64,000 bases of DNA from an uncultured delta proteobacterium (GCA_963826785.1 CAWGYD010000001.1:576001-640000), one strand, 5' to 3'. Positions 29,831-40,799 are shown, counted from the first letter of the stretch. Notes: generated by a model from the sequence alone, not told the origin. Numbers and translations are program-made.

Positions 29831-30634
29831 TCAATTTTTCGAGACCTCCACCCGCACCCGTTGCAGGAAATCCGTTTCGGTCATCAAATGGAGCTGATCG
29901 AGAAACGCCACCTGGAACGATCCGGGCCCGGCGGCAGATTCCGCAGCCATTTCACCGGCCACCCCCATGAAGGCCATTGCGCTCATGGCCGCAAAAAAGG
30001 GGTCTTCCGCAACGGATGCGCAAGCGCCGATCAACGCCGTTGCCGTGCATCCCATTCCCGTGACCCTGGCCATCAGTGAATCCCCGTTGAGAACCCGCCC
30101 CTGGTTTTCACCGGCGATAATCATGTCCGCTTTGCCGCTGATGCAGATGACGCTGCCGAGTTTCCCATTTAAATATTTCGCCGCCTCATACGCATTTCCG
30201 GTATCAAGTGAACTGTCCACGCCCTTGGTTTTATGCGCAGAAGAGACCAGCGCCAGGATTTCGGAAGCGTTTGCGCGAATGACCGCTGGCGAAGCCAAGG
30301 AAAGCAGGTGGATCGCCGTTGACGTCCGGAAGGGGGTGGCCCCTGCGCCCACGGGATCGAAGATGATCGGTTTTTGCAATTCCCCGGCCTTCTTCATGGC
30401 CACTTCCATGGCTTCGATCCATTTTGCGCTCAATGTGCCGATGTTGATGACCAGTGCATCGGCGATTTCCACCATATCCGCCACTTCATCCACGGCATGG
30501 GCCATGACCGGCGAGGCACCGGCAGCCAGCAGCGCATTGGCCGTATTGTTCATCACCACGTAATTGGTGATGTTGTGCACCAGGGGAGCGCGCTTTCTCA
30601 CCGCCCCAATCGTTTTCCACATCTGTTCTCTCAT
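29831..30634 (-). CDS. thiM: hydroxyethylthiazole kinase
   Basis: PLVHNITNYVVMNNTANALLAAGASPVMA, DPVGAGAT, VTGMGC. Confidence 0.95.
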   Translation of the reverse strand: MREQMWKTIGAVRKRAPLVHNITNYVVMNNTANALLAAGASPVMAHAVDEVADMVEIADALVINIGTLSAKWIEAMEVAMKKAGELQKPIIFDPVGAGATPFRTSTAIHLLSLASPAVIRANASEILALVSSAHKTKGVDSSLDTGNAYEAAKYLNGKLGSVICISGKADMIIAGENQGRVLNGDSLMARVTGMGCTATALIGACASVAEDPFFAAMSAMAFMGVAGEMAAESAAGPGSFQVAFLDQLHLMTETDFLQRVRVEVSKN

Positions 30635-30685
30635 AGGCCTTTAAATATCCTTATCCATTCGAAGCTGTAAAGTTCTTCCGCCCCC

Positions 30686-31501
30686 TCACCCCAGCGCCAC
30701 ATCCAAAATCATCATCACCGAAAAACCGGCCATGGTTGTCATCGTGACCAGATCGATATTGGCTTCCTGCCGCTGGGATTCCGGAATCAATTCTTCCACC
30801 ACAACGAAAATCATCGCTCCGGCGGCAAAACAGAGGGCGTAGGGCAGAATGTTTTGCATGTAAAGCACAAATGCGGCACCTATCACTCCGGCAATGGGTT
30901 CAACCAGGCCGGATGCCTGACCCATGAAAAAACTTCTGGCCCGACCCATCCCTTCTCTTCTAAGGGGCAAAGACACGGCTGCGCCTTCCGGGAAATTCTG
31001 GAGGCCGATTCCGATGGCCAAGGCAATGGCGCCGCCAATCGTCGCAGAAGAAAGGCCGGCCGCCACTGCCCCGAAAGCCACCCCGACCGCAAGACCTTCA
31101 GGAATATTGTGCAGTGTTATGGCAAGTACCAGCAATGTGCTTCGCTGCCAGGAGGTCTTCACGCCCTCGCTTTGTCTCGTGTCCAGACCCGGATGAAGAT
31201 GCGGCAGCAAAAAGTCGGTCAGTCTCATGAAAATACCGCCGCCCATGAATCCGATGGCAGCCGTCAGCCAGGGAACAAGACCGAGCTGCCCGGCCATCTC
31301 AATGCCCGGTGCTAAAAGCGACCAGAAGCTTGCCGCAATCATGACCCCGGCGGCAAAACCGAGCATGGCATCCATGAGCCGGGGGTTGACTTTTCTGGTG
31401 AAAAAGACGAGTGACGCCCCGGCCGCAGTTACTCCCCATGTAAAGAGCGTGGCGATCAGCGCTTGCGTGACCGGACTGAATTGTTCAATGAGATCGACCA
31501 T
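30686..31501 (-). CDS. ZIP family metal transporter (ZupT/GufA-like)
   Basis: AITLHNIPEGLAVGV, GIGLQNFPEG, EELIPESQ. Confidence 0.93.
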   Translation of the reverse strand: MVDLIEQFSPVTQALIATLFTWGVTAAGASLVFFTRKVNPRLMDAMLGFAAGVMIAASFWSLLAPGIEMAGQLGLVPWLTAAIGFMGGGIFMRLTDFLLPHLHPGLDTRQSEGVKTSWQRSTLLVLAITLHNIPEGLAVGVAFGAVAAGLSSATIGGAIALAIGIGLQNFPEGAAVSLPLRREGMGRARSFFMGQASGLVEPIAGVIGAAFVLYMQNILPYALCFAAGAMIFVVVEELIPESQRQEANIDLVTMTTMAGFSVMMILDVALG

Positions 31502-32020
31502 ATGGGATCCATTCCGATTTTATATTGCTCTTCCGATATTTTTCAAGCCTGTTGCGGACTTCTCATTTTCGTATCATTAAAACCTGTCAGTCAAAAGCAG
31601 TATTTCTGCTCAACCGGCCATGACTTTCTCGAGAGGGTCCAAAATTTTAGATGTTTGCCGCCACCACCGCATCAGAACTGAAGGCACTTCCGATGGTAGA
31701 CGGATATGTTTTTGCTCAACAACGCAGTCGGAAGAAAACGAATGAAAAATAAGGTTTACCCATTTTCTGCCGAATCGGCGAAGCAGAAAGACTTGTCAAT
31801 TTTTATTGACAAGTGCCGTGCAAAATTAAACTCTGGATAGCATGTCGGCTTGGGCGATTGCAATGAGCGGCAGAGCCGCCTGGAAACTCACTGGCCCATA
31901 GCGGGATAAGTTTTGGATCAGGGTTTTCCTTGATTAGAAGAAGGTCATCTACTGATATGGCCCTTTATCCACAGCGCAGCGGTGGCAATCATTACCTGAA
32001 AATTTGAAAGGAGTCTTGCG

Positions 32021-33601
32021 TTGAATATTACGTTTTATGGCGCCGTAAGGGAGGTTACCGGTTCGATGCATCTGTTGACCTCGGGTCCGGACAAGATATT
32101 GCTCGACTGCGGGATGTACCAGGGCCGCCGGAAAGAAGCGGAGCGGAAAAACCGCACCCTGCCGTTTGATCCGAAGATTGTCACCAACGTGATCCTCTCC
32201 CATGCCCATATCGATCATTCCGGCCGGATTCCCCTGGTGACCAAAAACGATTTTTCCGGCCGCGTCATTACCACCCGGGCCACGGCAGACGCGTGCACCT
32301 ACCTGCTCCCCGACAGTGCGCACATCCAGGAATCGGATGCCGGTTATCTCAATTATAAAATGGTGCGGTCCCTGATGTCCGACCTGAGGTCCAATTCCCA
32401 GAAAGGGCCCAAACGGACTCAGGATATAAATGACATCCGCAGATTGCTGAAAAAGGAAAAAGGCGGCTTCGATGCGGAAATGATCGATGAAGTGGCCCGC
32501 AAATATCACATGGATGTGGTCGAACCCCTCTACACCACGGAAGATGCCCAGCATGCACTGACCTTTTTCGACGGCATTCCCTACAGGGACAGCGTATCCA
32601 TCGGAAAAAACACCTCCTGCACCTTCTATGATGCCGGCCACATCCTGGGCTCGGCCATCAGCATCATCCGCACCCATGACAACGGCCGGGATTTTACCGT
32701 GGGGTTCACCGGCGACATCGGCCGGTTTGGAAAACCCATACTGAAGGACCCCACACTTGCCTTTGCAGAAGAAGACCGGAATCTCGATCTGCTGATCCTG
32801 GAGAGCACCTACGGGGACCGGGAGCACGAGCCGGTGATGGATCTCGAGCCGCGCCTGAAACAGGTGATCAATGAAACGGTGGAGCGGGGAGGGACCCTGC
32901 TGATTCCCTCCTTTGCCTTCGGTCGGACCCAGGAACTGCTCTATGTGATTCACGAATTGTACAACAAGAATGAAGTGCCCCGCCTGCCGGTGTATGTGGA
33001 CAGCCCGCTGGCCACGGAAATCACCCGGGTCTTCGGGGAGCATCCGGAAATGTATGATATCGAGACCCACCGGGATTTTCTGCGCGATGGGCAGAATCCG
33101 TTCTTCTTCAAGGAACTCCGGTTTACGGAGTCTGTGGCGGAATCCATGGCCCTGATGCGCGAAACCAGTCCCCATATCGTGATTTCCGCCTCCGGCATGT
33201 GCGAGGCCGGCCGTATTCTGCATCACCTGCGGTACAAGATTCACCAGCCGCAGAATACCATCCTGATCGTCGGGTTCATGGCCCAGCACACCCTGGGCCG
33301 TCGCCTGCTGGATCAAGGCCTGGCCTATGAGGCCTCCGGCCGAAGCGGAAATCCGCCCATCATGCGGTTCATGAACAAAACGTACCCCCTGCGGGCCCGG
33401 GTGGTCCGGCTGGGCGGATTTTCCGCCCACGGGGACAAAAACGAAATGCTTAAGTTCGTGACCGAATCGAACCTGAAGATCAACAAGATCGCCCTGGTCC
33501 ACGGCGAGGAGGAGCAGACCCTGTCGTTTGCCGACCTTCTGAAAAACAAAGGGTTTGACATATTCGTTCCCCGGGTGGGCGAGTCCCTTGCCCTGCGCTG
33601 A
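32021..33601 (+). CDS. MBL-fold beta-CASP ribonuclease
   Basis: SHAHIDHSG, AGHILGS, ESTYG, SASGM, FSAHGD, LVHGE. Confidence 0.92.
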   Translation: MNITFYGAVREVTGSMHLLTSGPDKILLDCGMYQGRRKEAERKNRTLPFDPKIVTNVILSHAHIDHSGRIPLVTKNDFSGRVITTRATADACTYLLPDSAHIQESDAGYLNYKMVRSLMSDLRSNSQKGPKRTQDINDIRRLLKKEKGGFDAEMIDEVARKYHMDVVEPLYTTEDAQHALTFFDGIPYRDSVSIGKNTSCTFYDAGHILGSAISIIRTHDNGRDFTVGFTGDIGRFGKPILKDPTLAFAEEDRNLDLLILESTYGDREHEPVMDLEPRLKQVINETVERGGTLLIPSFAFGRTQELLYVIHELYNKNEVPRLPVYVDSPLATEITRVFGEHPEMYDIETHRDFLRDGQNPFFFKELRFTESVAESMALMRETSPHIVISASGMCEAGRILHHLRYKIHQPQNTILIVGFMAQHTLGRRLLDQGLAYEASGRSGNPPIMRFMNKTYPLRARVVRLGGFSAHGDKNEMLKFVTESNLKINKIALVHGEEEQTLSFADLLKNKGFDIFVPRVGESLALR

Positions 33602-33694
33602 ATCAATCCTATCTTTTACTTGAGTTATAGTGGGTTTATGGATCAGGTCAGCTGCGAGTTTAAAATGATCAACAATCAAATGGTGGTGGATGCA

Positions 33695-34642
33695 TGACCC
33701 CCGATGAACAGGCAGCGATCAACGAATTGGCGGCAGAACCTTTCCGGGGAGGTCCGGATCGGTTACCGGTATACCGAAGATGAACGCAGCCGGGAAATTA
33801 AACGGTTCTGCGATGAACTGGCGATGCTGGCCCCGTTGGTAAAAATCGACAAAAAGGCATCTGATGAGGCCTTTGCTTATATCCAGGTCCGCGACAATGT
33901 GCGGTACCTGGGGGTTCCTCAGGACAAGGAACTGGCGCCATTCCTGGAGGCGCTGGGGGACGGACCGGAAAAAGCAGCAGGGGGGCCGGGCTCTGAAATG
34001 GCGGATCGGATCACGGTTCCGGCGTCCTTGAAAATTTATGTCTCCCCGCACTGCCCCCATTGCCCCACGATGGCGAGGAAGCTGATCGGGCTGGCCCGTA
34101 ATTGCAGCCGGGTCTTTGTTTCCATCATCGATGGCACCTTTTTCCCCCAGATGCCGGAAGATGCGGGGATCCGGTCCGCCCCCACCACCACGCTCGACGA
34201 TCACGTTCGCTGGACCGGTCAGGTGGATCTGGCCGAACTGGTGGAGGTCATCGCCACCCGGGATTTTTCCCGGCTGGGCAGGGATTCCCTGATGCGCCTG
34301 CTCCAGGAGGGGGAAGCAGAGCGACTGGCCCGACTGATGAAGGAAAACGGGCAGATCTCCCCGGAGTTTATCGATCTGCTGACCCACGAGAAATGGTCCA
34401 TCCGCCTGGGGGCCATGGTGGTGTACGAATACCTGGAGGAAAGCGATGCGGCGCTTGCCGACCGGATGCTGGAGATGGCATGGGAGCACTTTGAATCCGC
34501 CGATGATCCTGTAAAGGGGGATATCTTGTTTCTGGTGGGCAAGTCCGGCGCTGAAAAATTTAGAAAGCGGATCAATGCCGTGGCAAACGGACCGTATTCC
34601 GATTCCGTTCGTGAGGCGGCCGGAGAAGCATTATTGGGATAG
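33695..34642 (+). CDS. thioredoxin-fold protein (AhpF-NTD-like, CPHC) with helical C-terminus; probable N-terminal frameshift near 33727
   Basis: YVSPHCPHCP, IRSAPT cis-Pro motif; alternative start MTPDEQAAINE at 33695 lies in another frame. Confidence 0.75.
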
Positions 34643-34757
34643 CGGGTGCACACTTGCATCGGAGATGTTGATATCTGTTAACATCAATGAAGACCCTTTT
34701 GGGTAAAGCATACTTGCCCGTTGCCCGATTCGATTTATAAAATGAAAGAAAACACCT

Positions 34758-35654
34758 ATGCTCAAACTCATCGATCTTGATATACCGGAACTCGGCTACC
34801 GGAAATTTATCACCGCCTGGCTCTATTCGGGGGAGGAGGGGAATTTTCTGGTGGACACCGGGCCGGTGTGCACCACGGATGCGCTTTTTGCAGGTATAAG
34901 CGATGCGGGCGTGGATCACCTGGACTGGATCCTGCTCACCCACATTCACCTGGATCACTCGGGGGGGCTGGGGCATGTGGTCAAGCGGTTTCCCGAAGCG
35001 ACCGTGGTCTGCCACGAAAAGGGGGCGCCCCACCTGGAAGACCCGTCAAAGCTGTGGGATGCATCATTGAAAACCATCGGCAAGGTGGCCGAAATATATG
35101 GCCAGATGGCGCCGGTCCCGGCAGACAGACTGGTCCAAATGGAAGAAATCCCCTTCGGCGGAGGCATCCGGGTGATCGCCACGCCCGGCCATGCGGCCCA
35201 CCACCAGAGTTATGTGTTTTCAGACTGGCTCTTCTGCGGCGAACTGCTGGGCATTTACCTGGATCTTGGCGGCCGGACATATCTGCGGCCGGCCACCCCG
35301 CCCCGGTTCATCCTGGATGAATTTTTATCCTCCATGAACCGGATTTCACCCTATGCGGACCGCAAATTGTGCTTTTCGCATTACGGCATGTCCCCGGACG
35401 GCCGAAAGATCCTGGATACATCAAGAGAACAGCTGAATTTATGGGTCGAGGTGGTCCGATCTCATTTGAAAGCAGAGGGGGGAGCGGCTTCAGAGCAGGC
35501 GGATCTGGATGAGATCTCGGCGGATTTGATGGCAAGGGACCCGATTTTTGCTCAGATCCGGGAACTGCCGGCCGATCTGATGGCCCGGGAAAAATATTAT
35601 GTGAAAAATTCCATCCGGGGAATCATGGCCTACCTGAAGGATTTACGAGGATGA
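34758..35654 (+). CDS. MBL-fold metallo-hydrolase
   Basis: LVDTGP, THIHLDHSGG, TPGHAAHH. Confidence 0.9.
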   Translation: MLKLIDLDIPELGYRKFITAWLYSGEEGNFLVDTGPVCTTDALFAGISDAGVDHLDWILLTHIHLDHSGGLGHVVKRFPEATVVCHEKGAPHLEDPSKLWDASLKTIGKVAEIYGQMAPVPADRLVQMEEIPFGGGIRVIATPGHAAHHQSYVFSDWLFCGELLGIYLDLGGRTYLRPATPPRFILDEFLSSMNRISPYADRKLCFSHYGMSPDGRKILDTSREQLNLWVEVVRSHLKAEGGAASEQADLDEISADLMARDPIFAQIRELPADLMAREKYYVKNSIRGIMAYLKDLRG

Positions 35655-38375
35655 ATTGAGGATTTCGTATACGGTTTTTGCGATATCTTCCAGCAGGTAG
35701 GGTTTTTTCAAACAGCCGCCCGCACCCAGGGCCTGTGCTTCCATGATCCGTTCCGAGGTGGAAAAACCGGTGGCGATAACGGCCTTCTGGGCCGGGTTGA
35801 TCGAAATGATTTCCCTGAAGGTGTCCAGTCCGTCCAGCCCCGGCTCCATGATCATGTCCAGAATGATCAGATCCACCGGCGTGTGCCGGATATGCTCGAT
35901 GGCGGCTTCTCCGGAAGGCGCCGTTTCCACCGAGTAGCCAAGCTGCATCAGGATTTGCCCCGCCAGGTCCCGCTGCTCTTTCAGATCATCCACCACCAGG
36001 ATGGATTCCCCTTTGCCCGGATATTGATCCAGTGCAAACGGAAGCTTTGCCGCCGCCTCCACCTCCGACAGAAGCGCCGGAAAATAGATGTGAATGGCGG
36101 TTCCCGCGCCTGGCGTGCTTTCGATATCGATATATCCCTGGTGATCCTGCACCGCCCCCCATACCAGCGCCATGCCCAGGCCCGAGCCGCTGCGGCCCAT
36201 GGTTTTTTTGGTGTAGAAGGGCTCGAATATCCGCTCCTTTTCCTCGGCCGAAATGCCGGTCCCCTCATCGGCCACGGTCAAATGGACATAATGATTCTCC
36301 TTGATATCCGCATAGCCGGGCAGGGGCTTTTCCATGTACCGGCTGGAAGTGGAAATGGTAATATAGCCGCCTTCGGGCATGGCTTCGGCCGCATTTGAAA
36401 CCAGGTTCATCATGATTTTTGCCAGGTGAACCCGGGATGCGGAAATGTGGAGCGGATTTTCGTCCAGTGCGGTGCGCACATCGACCATGGGATGGTAGAT
36501 CAAAAGGTTGTTGTGCTCCGGGCTTTTGAGGTAATCCTCGATCATGTTGTTGAGATTGACCACCTCCATGTTGGCCAGACCTTTTCGGGCCATGGTCAGC
36601 AGGTCGGCCACGATGGCCGCGGCCCGCTCCCCCGATTTCTTGATGGTCTCGATGGGTTTGCGCAGGTCGCTGGCCGGCGGCAGTTTCATCAACAGCAGGT
36701 CTGGATAGCTCACGATGCCCGACAGGATGTTGTTGAGATCGTGGGCGACCCCGCCGGCCAGGGTGCCGATGGCCTCCATCTTCTGGGCATGCCGCAGCTG
36801 CTTTTCCAGTTTCTCTTTTTGCGTTTCCGATTCGATCTGCCAGGTAATGTCCCTGATGATTCCCCTGAATCCGGCCGGCTGCTTCAAGTCATCTTCAATC
36901 AGGGCGATGGAGCCTTCCACGAAACGCCGGGTGCCATCCTTGCGCACCAGTTTCAAATTGAACGCCCGGGTGGACCGGCGGGTCCGGTAAACACGGTTGA
37001 ACGTCTGCCGGATTTCCGCAATGTCATCTTTATCCGAAAACGTTTGAAAACGCATGCCGGACAGCTCGCTTTTCGAATACCCCAGGATCTGGCACAATGA
37101 CGGATTGAAAAAGGTCAGGTTTCCTTTGAGATCGGTCTCGTAGTATCCCTCCTCGATGCTGTTCAAAATATTCCTGTATTTTTCGCTGCTGTCTTGAATC
37201 GCGCGTTCGTGTTTTTCCCGCTGCGCGATGAGGACATCGAAATCCTGTTTAATCAGAGAAAGCGCCTCCACGACGGGATAGAAAGGATGCGAGGCATCCA
37301 TTTTCCGGTGAACGGGGTCGCTTCCCGGATGGTCCCAGCTGATGTCGGCCATGATGCGGATCAGCTCATCCACATGGCGCTGGTGGGGGGCCGCGGCCCG
37401 GCGGATGGATGGTTTGCCGCCGCCGGCAGCGGGCTGTGCCCGGCGGGTCTTATCGGTTTGGATCATCGAAAGGGCGTCTTTGACATCACTGACCACATGG
37501 ATGTCATAGGGTGCGCTGACCCGGGCCAGGTTGATGGCCGCCCGGATCATCCAGTTGGTCCTGTAAAAAATGAGCATCTGGAACGGATGCTGATGAAACC
37601 ATTGCCGATTGCGTTCGGAAAACAGCCGCCGGGCCTCCATGGAGGCATCCTTCAGCGCCGGTGTGCCGACCACCAGGTAATAGGGGGCCTGTCCGGGATT
37701 GAATTCGTCGTAGGCCTTGGCCTGGAGATCGAAAATAGCTTCGACATATTCCGCTTTCATGGACCCGCTTGCCAATACGTGAAGAATATCCCCGTCAATG
37801 ACTTCAAGACGCAGATCAAAACCATCCATTGCCAGGGACCAGTGATCCCTGGTGGTCACGGATGGAATCGGCGGGGGTGAAATCGGTTTTGCCCCGGTGT
37901 GAACGTCGGCAAGCATCTGCCGGGCCAGGGGAAGGGCGTCTTTGAGATTTTCGGCCATGGCCACGGGGAAGGGGGGCGGGTTGATGCGCATGCCGAGCTT
38001 GATGCTCAGTCTTAAGAGGGCCGACGCATTGCAGAAGATAAAGCCTGCAATATCCGGCCGCTGCTTCAGGTCATTGATAAAAAGCCGCCGGGCTTCCAGA
38101 GAGGACCCTTCCAGGCGGGACAGGTCTTCAATCTGGATATAGGGCGTCCCGTCGGCAATCTTCTTCCGGACCACATCACGGATCATGCCGACAGCCTCCC
38201 GCATGTCCGCCAGACTGGCATATCCGGAGGGGCGGCTGACCAGGACAGCCGCCCCCTTCAGCCAGTGAAAATTTGGCTGAAATGGGTTGCTGCGTTTTTG
38301 CTTCGGTCGCCCCGGTGCTTTGGGGTTTCGCCGTGAATCTGCAGAGGACGGATGATGTTTTTTGGGATCTGACAC
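35643..38375 (-). CDS. hybrid sensor histidine kinase (PAS-HisKA-HATPase-REC)
   Basis: AGGVAHDLNNIL, NLVSNAAEAM, FEPFYTKK, GSGLG, receiver ILVVDD...ILDMIM. Confidence 0.93.
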   Translation of the reverse strand: MSDPKKHHPSSADSRRNPKAPGRPKQKRSNPFQPNFHWLKGAAVLVSRPSGYASLADMREAVGMIRDVVRKKIADGTPYIQIEDLSRLEGSSLEARRLFINDLKQRPDIAGFIFCNASALLRLSIKLGMRINPPPFPVAMAENLKDALPLARQMLADVHTGAKPISPPPIPSVTTRDHWSLAMDGFDLRLEVIDGDILHVLASGSMKAEYVEAIFDLQAKAYDEFNPGQAPYYLVVGTPALKDASMEARRLFSERNRQWFHQHPFQMLIFYRTNWMIRAAINLARVSAPYDIHVVSDVKDALSMIQTDKTRRAQPAAGGGKPSIRRAAAPHQRHVDELIRIMADISWDHPGSDPVHRKMDASHPFYPVVEALSLIKQDFDVLIAQREKHERAIQDSSEKYRNILNSIEEGYYETDLKGNLTFFNPSLCQILGYSKSELSGMRFQTFSDKDDIAEIRQTFNRVYRTRRSTRAFNLKLVRKDGTRRFVEGSIALIEDDLKQPAGFRGIIRDITWQIESETQKEKLEKQLRHAQKMEAIGTLAGGVAHDLNNILSGIVSYPDLLLMKLPPASDLRKPIETIKKSGERAAAIVADLLTMARKGLANMEVVNLNNMIEDYLKSPEHNNLLIYHPMVDVRTALDENPLHISASRVHLAKIMMNLVSNAAEAMPEGGYITISTSSRYMEKPLPGYADIKENHYVHLTVADEGTGISAEEKERIFEPFYTKKTMGRSGSGLGMALVWGAVQDHQGYIDIESTPGAGTAIHIYFPALLSEVEAAAKLPFALDQYPGKGESILVVDDLKEQRDLAGQILMQLGYSVETAPSGEAAIEHIRHTPVDLIILDMIMEPGLDGLDTFREIISINPAQKAVIATGFSTSERIMEAQALGAGGCLKKPYLLEDIAKTVYEILNSSS

Positions 38376-38390
38376 GTGGGTCCGACGCTT

Positions 38391-39020
38391 TTAAGTGCTC
38401 ACTACAAGCTGTTTATGCTTCAGGTTGTCACAGATGAGATCCACGGCCTGGTCCACCGTGGTTTTTCCCATATCGATCACCAGGTCGTATAAACGGGCAT
38501 CATTGATCTCTTCTTTGAAATACTGGCGGATATATTCCGCCGATTCGTTTTCCCTGGCGGCGATAAACTGCTCGGCCGCTTTTGGGGTAATTCCCTTCTG
38601 CTTTACAACCTTTTCCACCTTGAGTGCGGCATCTTTGCGCAACCGGACGTGAAGTGTTCCCGGCTTGTTTTTCAGGATGCATTGCCCGCCCCATCCCAGG
38701 ATGATCATATTGCCGTTTTCATATAGTTTTTCCACCAGCTCCAGCGTTTTTTCATGGTAGGCCCGGTCATCCAGGCACCCGTGCTCCCGGTCGACCACCC
38801 GCTGGATCACCGAACAGGTATACCGGTCCACCAGTCTCAATATCGAGGACCGGGGCTCTTTTTCGAGCATTTTGGCTTCGCTGGGGGAAAGATGCAGTTC
38901 TTTTGCAATCTGAGCGATGAGATCATCGCCGATATATTCATAATGGAGTCTTTCGGCCAGCAGGAACGCCACTTTTTCGCTGTCCGTTTCAAATTCATTG
39001 GTGATGGTAATCGTCGCCAT
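38391..39020 (-). CDS. cytidylate kinase-like family protein
   Basis: TITITNEF..., LAERLHYEY, IILGWGGQCIL, YDLVID; P-loop degenerate. Confidence 0.8.
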   Translation of the reverse strand: MATITITNEFETDSEKVAFLLAERLHYEYIGDDLIAQIAKELHLSPSEAKMLEKEPRSSILRLVDRYTCSVIQRVVDREHGCLDDRAYHEKTLELVEKLYENGNMIILGWGGQCILKNKPGTLHVRLRKDAALKVEKVVKQKGITPKAAEQFIAARENESAEYIRQYFKEEINDARLYDLVIDMGKTTVDQAVDLICDNLKHKQLVVST

Positions 39021-39333
39021 GGTTCCTCCTGCAGTTGGATGTAAATATTGATATACGCGTGATTTCGAAGTTTATGTCCAGCCAGATGATACCATAAGCC
39101 AGATCTCCCATAATTATCAACCAAATAATCAGTTTCGGCACTTTGCATCCCCTGAAGTCGTCTAATTCATATTTATCCTAACTGACGAATATAATTTAGT
39201 TCTTAAATAGAGCGGGGTCAATGGTTGAAGCGGCAGTTGTTTTTAAACACATCCACTAAACTCCACAATTTTTTTCATCGGATTTAATGCTTAAAATTAT
39301 TAATAAAAATTGCAAAATACTTTCCTTTTTTTC

Positions 39334-39361
39334 TTGACAATTTATCACGATATGATATTTT
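39334..39361 (+). promoter_or_regulatory. sigma70-type promoter of the dcw operon
   Basis: TTGACA (39334-39339), 16-nt spacer, extended -10 TGnTATTTT. Confidence 0.55.
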
Positions 39362-39373
39362 TTCCGTAAATCA

Positions 39374-39389
39374 GTGGAGATTAGTGGAG
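39374..39389 (+). promoter_or_regulatory. MraZ binding boxes
   Basis: GTGGAG-n4-GTGGAG at 10-bp period just upstream of mraZ. Confidence 0.7.
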
Positions 39390-39398
39390 TCAAGCCGC

Positions 39399-39851
39399 AT
39401 GTTCCGAGAAAGTTCCTACCATACAATCGATTCCAAAAGCCGGATCATCATTCCGACCCGCTTTCGTGATTCCCTCAGGGGGAAAATGAGCCAGGACCTG
39501 ATCATCACCCGGCTGGTCACGGAGCAGGGGCTTGTGGCGTATCCCCTCGATGTATGGCAGAAAATCGAAGAGCGGTTTGAGGCCTTGACGGAATTGAGTC
39601 CGGGCATGCAGCGTTTCCGGCGGCTGTTCCTCGGCCAGGCCAAGCGTTGTGATCTGGATGGCCAGTCCAGGCTGCTGATTCCACAGCCGCTGAAAGAGTA
39701 CGCCCAGCTGGAAAAAGACATCCTGCTGGTCGGTGTTCTCGATCATTTTGAAATCTGGTCCAAGGAAAACTGGGAAGGCCAGAACCAGAAGTTTGAAGAA
39801 GATCTGCAGAAAGAGGAGGTCGTCAACGAAATAGCCAAACTGGGACTTTGA
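39399..39851 (+). CDS. mraZ: division/cell wall cluster transcriptional repressor MraZ
   Basis: HTIDSKSRIIIPTRFR, DGQSRLLIP, GVLDHFEIWS. Confidence 0.95.
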   Translation: MFRESSYHTIDSKSRIIIPTRFRDSLRGKMSQDLIITRLVTEQGLVAYPLDVWQKIEERFEALTELSPGMQRFRRLFLGQAKRCDLDGQSRLLIPQPLKEYAQLEKDILLVGVLDHFEIWSKENWEGQNQKFEEDLQKEEVVNEIAKLGL

Positions 39852-39854
39852 TCC

Positions 39855-40799
39855 ATGTCATTTCGCCACACCCCCGTTATGGTCAAGGAAGTTCTTGCGC
39901 ATCTGGACTGCGCACCGGGAAAAATAGTGGCGGACTGCACCGTCGGCGGCGCGGGCCATGCCCGGGCCATACTGGATGAAATCCTGCCCGGCGGTCTTCT
40001 CATCGGCATCGATCAGGACCATGCCGCCATCCGGCACGCACAGGAAATGCTTGCCCCACAAGCATCCAGCGTCCGGTTGTTTCATGACAACTTCATACGT
40101 CTTCCTCAAATCCTTTCCCGATTAAACATTTCCGCAATTGACGGCATTCTGGCCGATTTGGGCGTATCCCTGTTCCAGATCGAATCCAGCGGCCGGGGGT
40201 TCAGCTTCAGGGCCGATGAACCCCTTGACATGCGGATGAACTCTGATTCCGACCTCACCGCGGAAATGATCGTCAACACGTTTTCCCAGGACCGTCTCGA
40301 ATCCATTTTCAGGGAGTATGGCGAGGAAAGATGGGCCAAGTCCATTGCCCGAAACATCGTTTCCATACGCAAGCAGCGGGTCATCGGATCCAGCCAGCAG
40401 CTGGCGGACATTGTCCGCGAGTCCATGCCGGCCCGGGCCGTCCGGGAGATGAAAATTCATCCGGCGACCCGGGTCTTTATGGCCATTCGCATCGCCGTAA
40501 ACCGCGAGCTGGAAGTCCTGGACCGATTCATCACCGATGCGGTGGCGGCATTGAAGCCGGGGGGGCGCGTCTGCATACTGTCATTTCATTCCCTGGAGGA
40601 CCGGATCGTCAAAAACAGATTCAGGCAGATGGCGCAGCCCTGCACGTGTCCGCCGGATTTTCCCAGATGTGTCTGCGATCGCAAGCCCGTAATCAAGGTT
40701 TTGACCCGAAAAGTCGTCCGTCCCACGGATGAAGAGATCCGGGTCAATCCCATGTCCCGCAGCACCCGGCTGAGGGCGGCTGAGAAACTCGATGGTTAA
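39855..40799 (+). CDS. rsmH: 16S rRNA m4C1402 methyltransferase
   Basis: HTPVM, DCTVGGAGHA, DLGVS, PLDMRM, SFHSLEDRIVK. Confidence 0.96.
   Translation: MSFRHTPVMVKEVLAHLDCAPGKIVADCTVGGAGHARAILDEILPGGLLIGIDQDHAAIRHAQEMLAPQASSVRLFHDNFIRLPQILSRLNISAIDGILADLGVSLFQIESSGRGFSFRADEPLDMRMNSDSDLTAEMIVNTFSQDRLESIFREYGEERWAKSIARNIVSIRKQRVIGSSQQLADIVRESMPARAVREMKIHPATRVFMAIRIAVNRELEVLDRFITDAVAALKPGGRVCILSFHSLEDRIVKNRFRQMAQPCTCPPDFPRCVCDRKPVIKVLTRKVVRPTDEEIRVNPMSRSTRLRAAEKLDG

Noticed and set aside
30634..31800. TPP riboswitch for thiM
   Set aside because: No TPP aptamer core recognised upstream of thiM or the ZIP gene
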